Shown here piece after piece: positions 20,001-28,913 of a DNA stretch of 64,000 nt. The first letter of the stretch is position 1, and each line of letters starts with the position of its first letter. The DNA lies in assembly GCA_963776345.1 (NCBI GenBank), contig CAVZMH010000016.1, positions 224,001-288,000 of the forward strand, in the 5' to 3' direction. The notes beneath the pieces are model-generated. The model did not search any database. It saw only the letters and a list, made by a program, of their open reading frames with translations, and was not told the origin of the DNA. The stretch is from an uncultured delta proteobacterium. GTDB taxonomy: Bacteria; Myxococcota; Myxococcia; Myxococcales; Myxococcaceae. The translations under genes and the position numbers were made by a program.

Positions 20001-20239
20001 TGGAGGTAGAGCATGTTGTCCACGCCGTTCATCTGCTGCTCGATGGGCGTGGCCACCGACTGCTCGATGGTCAGCGCGTCGGCGCCGGTGTACGTCGTGG
20101 TCAGCTGGATCTGCGGCGGGACGATCTCCGGGAACTGCGCGATGGGCAGCCGCAGCGCGGCGACCGCGCCGCCGATCACCGTCACGATCGCGATGACGAT
20201 CGCGGTGATGGGATTCTTGACGAAGAAGGCGGAGATCAC
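17063..20239 (-). CDS. RND efflux permease (HAE1/AcrB family)
   Basis: AIGLVVDDAIVVVE, GLAAKNAILIVEFA, RLRPILMTSFAF; 1058 aa; atypical or uncertain start codon. Confidence 0.95.
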   Translation of the reverse strand: MISAFFVKNPITAIVIAIVTVIGGAVAALRLPIAQFPEIVPPQIQLTTTYTGADALTIEQSVATPIEQQMNGVDNMLYLQSTNANDGTLTQIVTFALGTNVDIDNVLVQNRYSQAQATLPQEVKNYGVTIKKKLPFPLIIVSLFSPDNRYDARFLGNYATINVIDALKRVPGVGDVVLFGSSDYAMRIWVKPDTLTRLNLTINEIQSAIKTQNVVNPAGQIGGEPAPEGQKFTYAVRAQGRLVTPEEFGEIVVRANPDGSQVRLKDVARIELGSLNYQQDGRYNGKAGGVISIYQTPGSNALKVGDGIKATMAGLKKDFPQGLDYEVALDTTLPITEGMDEIVKTLLEAMVLVIIVVFIFLQSWRATLIPLLAVPVSLVGTFAVFPMLGFSLNTLSLFGLILAIGLVVDDAIVVVEAVESHIHHGLSPKEATLKAMHEVQGPVIGIALILSAVFIPVAFIGGITGRLYQQFALTIAISVLISAFNALTLSPALSALLLKPKEEGKQGLVARLGGKFNTWFDRMTGGYVSITGRMVRKMVLSLVLLGGVTVLAGFFGSRIPAGFVPDEDQGYALAFIQLPDAASLQRTKQVGKKIEEIMAKTPGIRSYTVISGYNILTGTAASYAGTVFIAFHEWAERKHENESAAGIIRALNIAFSQIPEARILAFGPPAIPGIGTAGGADMMIQDRSGKSVEFLAENVNKFLAAARKRPEFQAVTANFSPAVPQIFVEVDKDKVLKQGVALTDLYGAMQAFLGGSYVNDFTRFGRQWKVFLQSEGESRIKAEDIRNFYVRNSKGEMVPLSTLVTVKNVSGPEYTVRFNLFRSAEVIGSVAPGVSSGQALKAFEEVAAQTLPPEIGTAWTNLSFQQKASEGGTLAVFGMSLVFVFLILAALYESWSLPFSVLLSTPIAVLGAFIGLMVRRFDFDVYGQIGLVMLIGLAAKNAILIVEFAKMQHDQGKPLVEAALEGARLRLRPILMTSFAFILGCVPLWTAAGAGAASRRILGTAVIAGMSLVTGLGVFIIPVLFVMVGKIVGEKKGPAPTPTVAHGGGATAVAQGEP

Positions 20240-20242
20240 GGG

Positions 20243-21430
20243 TCAGCCTCCCGCGTCCGGCGCCGGGGCGCTCCCCGCCTTGCCGGCGAAGGCCGGGTCC
20301 GGCTTCGCGGTGACCTTCAGCCCCTCCGAGACCTTCTGGAGCCCCTCGGTGATCACCCGCTCACCGGCGTTGACTCCCTTGGTGACCGCCCAGAGCTGGC
20401 CCGCCCGGGGACCCATGGTCACGGTCCGGATCTGCACCGTGTCCTCGGGGGTCACCACCGCCACCGTGTAGGAGCCCTGCAGCTCCTTCACCGCGGCCTC
20501 GGGCACCACCACCAGCGCCTTGCCGGTCTCCAGCTGAGGGATGCGAACCCGACCGTACTGCCCGGGCCGGAGGATTCGCTCCGGGTTCGGGAACACGGTC
20601 TGAACTTGAAGGGTGCCCGTCCCCTTCTGCACCTCACGGTTCAGGGCGATGAACCAGCCCTTGTGCTTGTAGACCGACCCGTCCGCCAGGACGAGAGCGA
20701 GCACCTGGCGCTCCGGGCCGGCATCGAGCGGGTCCAGCGTCTCGAGCGCCGCGGCCCGGCTGGCCACGCGCAGGTAATCCGCCTCGCTGATAGGAAAGGT
20801 GACCCGCATCGGGTCGAGCTGCGACACGGTGGTGAGCAGCGTGGGCTCGCCCTGCCCGACCAGGTTGCCGACGCGGACCAGCGGGGTCCCCGCCACGCCA
20901 TCCACGGGCGAGCTGATGCGGGTGTACGAGAGGTTCAGCTGGGCCTCGTCGACCGCGGCTCTGGCCGAGTCGACTGTCGCGGCGGCCGCGCGCTGGGACG
21001 CCTCCGCGTTGTCCAGGTCCTGCTGGCTGACCGCCTGCTTCGCGGCGAGTGGCCGGTAACGGTCCGCGGTCACCTTGGCCTGGCCAAGCGTGGCCTGCGC
21101 GCGGGCAAGCATAGCCTTCGCCTTGGCCAGGTCGTTCTGGTACTCGGCCGGGTCGATGGTGAAGAGGAGCTGGCCCTTCTTCACGAACGCCCCGTCGGCG
21201 TAGTCCTGGGTCTTGAGAAAGCCCTTCACCCGCGCCCGGATCTCGGCGTTCACGTATCCGTCGATGGTTCCCACCATCTCGGTCGAGAGGCTCAGGTCCT
21301 GCTGGACTGCCGGGGCCACCAGCACCGTGGGCGGAGGAAGCGGTGGCGGCGGCTTCTTGCAGCCCACCGCCACCAGCAACGCCCCGAGGGCCCCCGCGAT
21401 GACCGACCCAGTGACGCCTGTCCGCGCCAT
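20243..21430 (-). CDS. RND efflux membrane-fusion protein (AcrA family)
   Basis: Lipobox AVGC, EIRARVKG, LNLSYTRISSPVDG, LRPGQYGRV; GGAGGGAG RBS. Confidence 0.93.
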   Translation of the reverse strand: MARTGVTGSVIAGALGALLVAVGCKKPPPPLPPPTVLVAPAVQQDLSLSTEMVGTIDGYVNAEIRARVKGFLKTQDYADGAFVKKGQLLFTIDPAEYQNDLAKAKAMLARAQATLGQAKVTADRYRPLAAKQAVSQQDLDNAEASQRAAAATVDSARAAVDEAQLNLSYTRISSPVDGVAGTPLVRVGNLVGQGEPTLLTTVSQLDPMRVTFPISEADYLRVASRAAALETLDPLDAGPERQVLALVLADGSVYKHKGWFIALNREVQKGTGTLQVQTVFPNPERILRPGQYGRVRIPQLETGKALVVVPEAAVKELQGSYTVAVVTPEDTVQIRTVTMGPRAGQLWAVTKGVNAGERVITEGLQKVSEGLKVTAKPDPAFAGKAGSAPAPDAGG

Positions 21431-21516
21431 GCTCCCTCCCGGAGTGGCTCTACATCGTCGAGTTATCGACATCCCCGGGCCCTGTCGAGCGGGAGCGACG
21501 GGGAATCGCCGGTGCC

Positions 21517-22257
21517 TCAGCGGGCCGGCCCGGCTGCCGGCTGCGCCGAGGGGCTGTCCACGACCGGAGCCGGTTCCGCCGCGGTGAGCGCAATCTCGAT
21601 GCGCCGGTTCTGGCTCTTGCCCTCCGCCGTGTCGTTCGACGCCAGCGGCCGGTACTCCGAGAACCCGGCCGCGCCGAGCATCTGGGGCGCCACGCCCTGG
21701 GACTGGAGGTACCGGACGACGGTCACCGCCCGCGCCGTCGACAGGTCCCAGTTGTCCTTGAAGGCGCCCTTCTTGCCGGTCGGGACGTTGTCGGTGTACC
21801 CGGCGACGATCACCGTCTTCCCCTGGAGGCCCTGGAAGGCCTTGGCCACGGCGTCCAGCGCGGCCTGACCCTGCTTGTTGATGGCCGCCGAGCCCGAGGA
21901 GAAGACCACCTTGTCCTTGAGCTTCACGGTCATCTTGCCCTTGAGCTCGGAGATCTCGACCTGGCCGCTCTGGATCTGCTCCTTCAGCGAGCCGGCGAGC
22001 TCCTCGTACTGCTTGCTCTTCGCCTCGAGCTGGCCCTTCTCCTCGGTGAGCTGGGCGGTCGACTTGGTCAGCGCCTCGTTCTGCGCCTGGAGGTCGGCGA
22101 CCTTCTTCTCCAGGGCCGCGGTCTTCTGGGCCTCGTCCTGGTACTTCTTCAGGTTGTTTGCGGCATCACGCTGCGCTGCGGCGAACTCGTCCTTCGACGG
22201 ACCACAGGCCACGAGCAACAGCGCGAGCCCGACTGCAGCGAACATTCGGTTCGACAT
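21517..22257 (-). CDS. OmpA/MotB-family peptidoglycan-binding lipoprotein with coiled coil
   Basis: Lipobox LVAC, coiled coil, [25 protein letters not shown]. Confidence 0.9.
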   Translation of the reverse strand: MSNRMFAAVGLALLLVACGPSKDEFAAAQRDAANNLKKYQDEAQKTAALEKKVADLQAQNEALTKSTAQLTEEKGQLEAKSKQYEELAGSLKEQIQSGQVEISELKGKMTVKLKDKVVFSSGSAAINKQGQAALDAVAKAFQGLQGKTVIVAGYTDNVPTGKKGAFKDNWDLSTARAVTVVRYLQSQGVAPQMLGAAGFSEYRPLASNDTAEGKSQNRRIEIALTAAEPAPVVDSPSAQPAAGPAR

Positions 22258-22274
22258 GAGTCCTCCTCTGTTGA

Positions 22275-22320
22275 AGTCCATGCGTTTCCAGGCGATTCCG
22301 GCAATGAGACCAAGGTCCCA
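22275..22320 (-). promoter_or_regulatory. Activator box upstream of the OmpA/MotB gene and probably the RND operon
   Basis: The reverse complement reads TGGGACCTTGGTCTCATTGCCG, the same 17-mer as at 8282 and 23344. Confidence 0.7.
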
Positions 22321-22365
22321 GGCCCCCACGGTTCAATGGGTTGCGGGCCCCGCCCGGACGACGGC

Positions 22366-23092
22366 TCAGCGACGGGCGACCGCGGACGCGGCGGCTCCTC
22401 GGGGCGCAGCCACCAGCCGGTAGACCACCGCGCCCAGGGCGCCTCCGATGAGCGGCGCGACCCAGAACATCCACAGCTGCTCCAGCGCCCATCCGCCCAC
22501 CACCAGCGCCGGCCCCGTGCTCCGGGCCGGATTCACCGAGGTGTTGGTGACCGGGATGGAGACCAGGTGGATGAGCGTGAGGCAGAGGCCGATGGCGATG
22601 GGGGCGAGGCCCTTCGGGGCGCGCTCGTCGGTCGCGCCCATGATGACGAAGAGGAACATCCCGGTCATCACCACCTCGGTGAGGAACCCGGCGGCGAGCG
22701 AGTACTGCCCGGGCGAGTGCAGCCCGTAGCCGTTGCTGGCCAGCCCGCCCGCGGTGCTGAAGCCGGCCTTGCCGCTGGCGATGACGTACAGCGTCCCGGC
22801 GGCGAGCGCCCCGCCGATCACCTGGGCGATGACGTATGCCGGCAGCTCCGAGGCCTTGAACCGTCCGCCGACCACCAGGCCCACCGAGACGGCCGGGTTC
22901 AGGTGACAGCCCGAGACGTGCCCGATGGCGAAGGCCATGGTGAGCACCGTCAGCCCGAAGGCCAGCGACGACACCCAGCAGCCCGATGCCGACCCCCGGG
23001 AAGGCCGCGGCGAGCACCGCGCTCCCGCATCCTCCGAGCACCAGCCAGAACGTTCCAACCAGCTCAGCCGCCGCGCGTTGCCAGAGCGACAT
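22366..23092 (-). CDS. aqpZ: Aquaporin Z (frameshift near 22970)
   Basis: [41 protein letters not shown] (two NPA motifs), LASNGYG.HSP. Confidence 0.92.
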
Positions 23093-23343
23093 CCGGGACC
23101 CCCGAGGTGAGTTCGGCCGGGCGTCTAGCACGCCCGCTCGGGCGCGTCCCGCCGGAACGCCCTGTCCGGAAGGACAACGACGGGCCCGACTTCAAGATCC
23201 AGGTGACGGGCGACGGTTGCGGCCCGGATCGTCGGTCAACGGATCGAGCGGCGTGCGCGACGGCGCCGCGGCGGCGGACCCCCACATCCGGAATCCACGC
23301 CGACGTCAAGTCACGTCGGCGCGAGGGGCCGCGACTCTCGAGG

Positions 23344-23386
23344 GGACCTTGGTCTCATTGTTGCTTCCGCTCACCGCTGAGAAGGT
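23344..23386 (+). promoter_or_regulatory. Activator box overlapping -35 of the DszB-like gene promoter
   Basis: GGACCTTGGTCTCATTG, then TTGTTG-N17-GAAGGT. Confidence 0.7.
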
Positions 23387-23415
23387 CCCCTCGATCAAGG
23401 GAGAGGAGGAGCACC

Positions 23416-24579
23416 ATGCCCCATGGATCGCCAGCCGCCGCCAAGGACCTCAGCACCGTGCCGTTGAGCTGGAAGGAGGTCTACTACACCAATTGCCCCC
23501 TGGTCTCCGCCAGCAACGTCGACCAGGAGCTGGGCTGGACTCGCGAGGAGTACAAGAAGCTCGGCGTGCACTACTCGTTTCTCCGCTCGCGCACCGAGAA
23601 CAACTGGTACCCGCACTACATCCACAACCTCGACAACCTGATCCGCTTCGGAGGGCTGTTTCCCCCCATTCACGTTCAGGCGGACATCCGCCGGACGAGG
23701 CTCCTGGGCGTGACCCACGTCTACGAGGGCGGCTGCATGATGGTGCGCGCCAGGGACAAGATCTTCCGGATGACCGATCTCAAGGGAAAGAAGATCGGCC
23801 TGTCGAAGAGCCTCAACACCACCAAGTGCGACTGGTGGCGCATCCAGGAGGAGCAAGGCATCGAGCTGATGCTCAAGCTCAATGGAATGACCCGCGAGGA
23901 CATCCAGATCGTGGAGTTCCCCTACCCGGACGACTGGTACGACAAGCCGGAGATGGTGGGCCCGCCGATGGACAACCCATCCGAGCTGTGGCTCAAGCGC
24001 GACCACAAGCGCGATCTGGCGTTCCGTCCGCTGGAGACGGCCCTGGAGAAGGGCACCGTCGACGCGATCTACACCCAGAGCGGGCCCTTCCAGCATCTCC
24101 AGGAGGCGACCGGGAAGTTCAAGGCCATCGAGGACCTCTCCAGGTATCCCGACTGGACCTTGCAGGTGGCCAACGTCCCCGCGGTCATCACCTGCACCGA
24201 CGTGATGGCCGAGAAGCATCCCGACCTGGTGGTCACGTTCATGAAGGGCATGATCAAGGTGGGGCGCTGGGCCAACGAGCACAAGCACGCCGCGGCGGCG
24301 ATCCTCGACAAGCAGACGTTCTACCTCAACGTCGAGGACACCTACCGGGGCATCAAGAACGTCGACCTGGTGCCCAATCTGTCCGCCCAGAACCTCGCCG
24401 CCGTGGAGATCGGGAAGGACTTCATGCTGGGCCACGGCTACATCAAGCGCGACTTCGACGTCCACAAGTGGGCCGCGCCAGAGTTCCTCGAGCAGGCGGC
24501 GAAGGAGCTGCTCACGGAGCGCTGGCAGAAGGTGACCGGGGAGAAGCTCCCCACCGCGTCGACAGCACGGCTCGGGTGA
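23416..24579 (+). CDS. DszB-like desulfinase homologue (SsuA/NMT1 binding-protein fold, no signal peptide)
   Basis: YTNCP..., PHY, IRFGG..PP, RTRLLG.T, DLKGKKIG.S, LVPNL, WAAPEFL. These align by eye with DszB YSNCP/HF/TRFGGEIPP/RTRLLGIT/WAAPEFL. Confidence 0.75.
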   Translation: MPHGSPAAAKDLSTVPLSWKEVYYTNCPLVSASNVDQELGWTREEYKKLGVHYSFLRSRTENNWYPHYIHNLDNLIRFGGLFPPIHVQADIRRTRLLGVTHVYEGGCMMVRARDKIFRMTDLKGKKIGLSKSLNTTKCDWWRIQEEQGIELMLKLNGMTREDIQIVEFPYPDDWYDKPEMVGPPMDNPSELWLKRDHKRDLAFRPLETALEKGTVDAIYTQSGPFQHLQEATGKFKAIEDLSRYPDWTLQVANVPAVITCTDVMAEKHPDLVVTFMKGMIKVGRWANEHKHAAAAILDKQTFYLNVEDTYRGIKNVDLVPNLSAQNLAAVEIGKDFMLGHGYIKRDFDVHKWAAPEFLEQAAKELLTERWQKVTGEKLPTASTARLG

Positions 24580-24678
24580 TCCAGCGGCCCTCGGGGGTCT
24601 GCTGAGCGCGGATGGGGCTGGCCGGAGCCGGGCTGCCACCCGGCTCCTGCCCCCACCGAGCGCCGCACCGGAGGCAAC

Positions 24679-26370
24679 ATGAAAGTCGTCATCGTTGGCG
24701 GAGTGGCCGGCGGAGCCTCCTGTGCAGCGCGCCTGCGCAGGCTGGACGAGAAGGCCGAGATCCTCATGGTGGAGCGCGGACCGTACGTCTCGTACGCGAA
24801 CTGCGGGTTGCCCTACCACCTGTCGGGCGTGATCCCGAAGGAATCGAGCCTCCTGGTGGGATCGGAGCAGATGTTCCGCGGAACGTTCGGGATCGAGGTG
24901 CGAACGAACTGCGAGGCCATCGCCATCGCGCCGAAGAAGAAGACCCTGGACCTGCGCGATGTCGCGACGGGCAAGGTGACCACCGAGCGCTACGACAAGC
25001 TGGTGCTCTCGCCGGGCGCGGCGTCGATCCGCCCGCCCCTGCCTGGCATCGATCTGCCCGGGATCTTCCAGGTGCGGACCGTTCCCGACACGCGCTCGAT
25101 CCTCGAGTGGATCGAGCGGGGCACGAGCTTCCTGACGGGGATGTACAGCTACTCCGGCATCCAGTTCGTGAAGCCGACCCGGCGGGCGGTGGTGATCGGC
25201 GGCGGCTTCATCGGTCTGGAGACCGCGGAGAACCTGGCCCATGTCGGGTTCGAGGTGACGCTGGTCGAGATGCTCGACCAGGTCCTGGCTCCCCTCGACC
25301 GCGAGCTCGCGCACCTCGTCGAGGAGCACCTGAAGCGGCATGGCATCAAGCTGGCGCTCGCCGACGGGGTGAGCGGCTTCGCGCAGCTCGACGAGGGTGC
25401 CCTCGAGGTGAAGACGAAGTCCGGGAAGACGTACCCGGCGGACATCGTGATCCTCTCCCTCGGCGTCCGGCCTGACACCGCCCTGGCCAGGACGGCCGGG
25501 CTGGAGATCGGCGAGCGCGGCGGCATCCGCGTCGACGACCACCTGCGCACCAGCGACCCGGACATCTTCGCCGTCGGGGACGCCATCGAGGTCAAGGACT
25601 TCGTGACCGGTCAGGGGAGCCTGGTGGCGCTAGCCGGGCCCGCGAACAGGCAGGGCCGGATCGCAGCCGACGTGATCGCCGGGCGCGATTCCCGCTTCCG
25701 GGGCACCCAGGGCACCTCGATCATCGGCCTGTTCGGAGGCGCCGCCGCCTGGACCGGGGTCAGCGAGAAGACGCTCCAGAAGCTCGGGGACGAGGATTTC
25801 GAGAAGGTCTACCTCTTCCCGAACTCGCACGCCGGCTACTACCCGGGCGCCAAGATGCTCGCGTTGAAGGTTCTCTTCCGCAAGTCCAACGGACGTCTCC
25901 TGGGAGCACAGGCGCTCGGCGAGGACGGACCGGCGGTGGACAAGCGGATCAGCGCCCTTGCCCTGGCCCTTCAGATGGGCGCGACGGTTTACGACCTCGA
26001 GGAGGCAGAGCTCTGCTACGCGCCCCAGTTCGGCAGCGCGAAGGACCCGGTCAACTTCGCCGGAATGGTCGCCGCCGACGTCCTCCGCGGGGACATGCCG
26101 CTCGCCCACTGGCCCCTCACCAGCGGCGCGTTCCTCCTCGACGTGCGCCAGCCCGTCGAGCTGGCAGTGGAGAGCGTTCCGGGCGCGGTCAACATTCCGA
26201 TGGAGCAGCTCCGTTCGCGTCTCGGCGAGCTGCCCCGTGACCGCGAGATCATGGTCCTCTGCCGTTCCGCCCAGCGCGCCTACTACGCGACACGGATCCT
26301 GGTGCAGAACGGGTTCAAGGCCCGGAACGTCTCCGGCGGGATGCTGTCGCGCGCGCTTTCCGAGGGATGA
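24679..26370 (+). CDS. CoA-disulfide/persulfide reductase with C-terminal rhodanese (CoADR-RHD)
   Basis: GGVAGG, SYANCGLPY, GGGFIGLE, YAPQF, rhodanese LCRSAQRAY. Confidence 0.92.
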   Translation: MKVVIVGGVAGGASCAARLRRLDEKAEILMVERGPYVSYANCGLPYHLSGVIPKESSLLVGSEQMFRGTFGIEVRTNCEAIAIAPKKKTLDLRDVATGKVTTERYDKLVLSPGAASIRPPLPGIDLPGIFQVRTVPDTRSILEWIERGTSFLTGMYSYSGIQFVKPTRRAVVIGGGFIGLETAENLAHVGFEVTLVEMLDQVLAPLDRELAHLVEEHLKRHGIKLALADGVSGFAQLDEGALEVKTKSGKTYPADIVILSLGVRPDTALARTAGLEIGERGGIRVDDHLRTSDPDIFAVGDAIEVKDFVTGQGSLVALAGPANRQGRIAADVIAGRDSRFRGTQGTSIIGLFGGAAAWTGVSEKTLQKLGDEDFEKVYLFPNSHAGYYPGAKMLALKVLFRKSNGRLLGAQALGEDGPAVDKRISALALALQMGATVYDLEEAELCYAPQFGSAKDPVNFAGMVAADVLRGDMPLAHWPLTSGAFLLDVRQPVELAVESVPGAVNIPMEQLRSRLGELPRDREIMVLCRSAQRAYYATRILVQNGFKARNVSGGMLSRALSEG

Positions 26371-26433
26371 ACACGATCGAGAGCGGTCCCTCCCGCACGC
26401 AGGGACGGCTGCTCCGGGGAAAGGCCGTGGACC

Positions 26434-26958
26434 ATGGAAGCTTCCGAGATCAAGAAAGGGACTCTCAAACAAAAGCTCTTTCACGAGCTGGGTGAGTACG
26501 GCATCAACATCATCTATCTGACCCTGGTGTTCGCCGCGTTCACCGAGTACCGAAGGCTCCTCCTCGCCGCGCACGACATCACCTACGAAAACTACTGGGT
26601 GGCGCTGATCGAGGCGGTGGTCCTGGGCAAGGTCATCATGATCGGCAGCGTCGCCCGCCTCGGTCGTGGCCTCGAATCGAAGCCCTTGATCTTCCCGACC
26701 CTCTACAAGACGGTCGTCTTCATTCTCTTCGTGGCGCTGTTCAAGCTCCTCGAGCACGGGCTCAAGGGACTGTGGAAAGGACAGGGGTTCATGGGAGGAC
26801 TCGTCGAGCTGTTCGCGAAGGGATCCCATGAATTGCTCGCCAACAGCCTGGTGGTGTTCGTGGCCCTGGTCCCGTTCTTTGCCGTGAAGGAGCTGGGGCG
26901 AGTGCTGGGAGAGCAGAAGATAAGAGATCTGTTCTTCCGGAGGACCGCCGAGCCGTGA
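26434..26958 (+). CDS. Hypothetical 4-TM membrane protein, paralogue of 62167-62682
   Basis: Hydrophobic helices; IEAVVLGKVIMIG and FVALVPFFA..EL are shared with the paralogue. Confidence 0.8.
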   Translation: MEASEIKKGTLKQKLFHELGEYGINIIYLTLVFAAFTEYRRLLLAAHDITYENYWVALIEAVVLGKVIMIGSVARLGRGLESKPLIFPTLYKTVVFILFVALFKLLEHGLKGLWKGQGFMGGLVELFAKGSHELLANSLVVFVALVPFFAVKELGRVLGEQKIRDLFFRRTAEP

Positions 26959-28793
26959 GTCAGGCGAGCGGGGTCGGTGCGCCGACGACTGGAGGGCGCG
27001 ACGGGAGCAACCTCCTGCGTCGGTACTTCCCGATCCTCACCTGGGGCGCCCAGTACTCCTGGCGCACGTTCTCCGACGACCTGCTCGTGGCGGCGATCGT
27101 CACCGTCATGCTGATCCCGCAGTCTCTGGCCTATGCGCTGCTGGCGGGGCTGCCGCCACAGGTCGGGCTCTATGCCTCGATCGCCCCGCTGGTGCTCTAC
27201 GCGATCTTCGGCACCTCACGCGCCCTGGCGGTCGGTCCGGTCGCGGTGGCCAGCCTCATGACCGCGACCGCGGCAGGGGCGGTCGCCGCGCAGGGGACCC
27301 CGGAGTACCTCGGGGCTGCCATCGGGCTCGCCCTGATCTCGGGGCTGCTGCTCGTCGCCATGGGCCTGATGCGGCTGGGCTTCCTCTCGAACTTCCTCAG
27401 CCACCCGGTCATCTCGGGCTTCATCAGCGCCTCGGCGATCCAGATCACCGCGGGCCAGCTCGCGCCCCTGCTCGGCGTCCGTGCAGAGGGCGAAAACCTG
27501 GTGGACCTGCTGAAGTCCATGTGGCCGAGCCTCCGTCACGTCAATCCCCACACCGCGGCGATCGGCGGCGCGTCGCTGCTCTTTCTCTTCTGGGTGCGTG
27601 GCGGCCTCGCGCCCTTGCTGCGCCGCTTCGGCCTCGGGGCCCGGACCGCGGACATGCTGGCGAAGCTGGGGCCCGTGGTGGCCATCGCCATGACCACCCT
27701 GGCCGCCTGGGGCTTCGGGCTCGCCGAGCGCGGTGTCAGGATCGTCGGCACCGTCCCGGCAGGTCTGCCCCGCCTCGCCCTACCGCCGCTGGACCGGGGG
27801 CTGTGGACCGGTCTTCTCGTCCCCGCGCTGCTGATCTCCATCGTGGGCTACGTGGAGTCGATCTCCGTCGCCTTGACGCTCGCGGCCAAGCGCCGCCAGC
27901 GGGTGGATCCCGACCAGGAGCTGATCGCGCTCGGCGCCTCGAACCTCGGCGCTGCTCTCTCGGGCGGATTTCCGGTCACTGGCGGCTTCGCACGTTCGGT
28001 CGTGAACTTCGATGCCGGCGCCAAGACCCCGGCAGCGGGCGCCCTCACCGCCGTCGGCATCGCGCTCGCGACGCTATTCCTCACCCCGCTGCTGTACTTC
28101 CTTCCCAATGCGACTCTCGCCGCCACGATCATCGTCGCGGTCCTGTCGCTGGTGGACGTCGGCGCCCTCAGGCGCACCTATGCCTATTCCAGGGCCGACG
28201 CCGCGGCGATGGCCTCGACCATCGTCCTCACCCTGGTGGAGGGCGTGGAGGCCGGGCTCGTCGCGGGGGTGAGTCTCTCGATCTTTCTCCACCTCTATCG
28301 AACGTCGAGGCCCCATGTGGCGGTCGTCGGCCAGCTCCCGGGAACGGAACACTTTCTCAACGAGGAGCGCCATGCGGTGGTGACCGATCCGGAGATCGTG
28401 TCGCTCCGGGTGGACGCGAGCCTCTACTTCCCCAACGCCCGGTTCCTCGAGGAGCAGATCAACGAGGCGGTTGCCGCCCACCCGGCGGTCCGCCACGTCA
28501 TCCTGGTGTGTTCGGCGGTGAACGCCATCGACGCCTCTGCCCTCGAGAGCCTCGAGGCGATCAACCACCGCCTGGCAGACGGTGGGATCGCCTTTCACCT
28601 CTCCGAGGTGAAGGGCCCGGTCATGGACGGCCTGAAGCGGTCGCATCTCCTCGGGCAGCTGACCGGCGGCGTGCACCTGACCCAGTACCAGGCCGTCGCC
28701 AGCATCAACCCCGAGCTGGCGCGGCGCGCGCTCGACGCCCCGGGACCGGCGGTGCTCCCCGGCACCCCGGAAATTGGACCAGTGAACGTCTGA
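26955..28793 (+). CDS. sulP: SulP-family sulfate/anion permease with STAS domain
   Basis: LIPQSLAYALLAGLPPQVGLY, GGFARSVVN, STAS RVDASLYFPNA...AIDASAL. Confidence 0.93.
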   Translation: MSQASGVGAPTTGGRDGSNLLRRYFPILTWGAQYSWRTFSDDLLVAAIVTVMLIPQSLAYALLAGLPPQVGLYASIAPLVLYAIFGTSRALAVGPVAVASLMTATAAGAVAAQGTPEYLGAAIGLALISGLLLVAMGLMRLGFLSNFLSHPVISGFISASAIQITAGQLAPLLGVRAEGENLVDLLKSMWPSLRHVNPHTAAIGGASLLFLFWVRGGLAPLLRRFGLGARTADMLAKLGPVVAIAMTTLAAWGFGLAERGVRIVGTVPAGLPRLALPPLDRGLWTGLLVPALLISIVGYVESISVALTLAAKRRQRVDPDQELIALGASNLGAALSGGFPVTGGFARSVVNFDAGAKTPAAGALTAVGIALATLFLTPLLYFLPNATLAATIIVAVLSLVDVGALRRTYAYSRADAAAMASTIVLTLVEGVEAGLVAGVSLSIFLHLYRTSRPHVAVVGQLPGTEHFLNEERHAVVTDPEIVSLRVDASLYFPNARFLEEQINEAVAAHPAVRHVILVCSAVNAIDASALESLEAINHRLADGGIAFHLSEVKGPVMDGLKRSHLLGQLTGGVHLTQYQAVASINPELARRALDAPGPAVLPGTPEIGPVNV

Positions 28794-28913
28794 CGCCGCC
28801 CCGAAGGTCTGGACGGCTCCAGGAGGCTTGCTGCAGCCCCGCGAGGCTGTGCTGGAGACGAAGGATCTCTGGCGGCACGACTGACCGCGCCCCAGGCGGT
28901 ACAGTCCGGAGCC

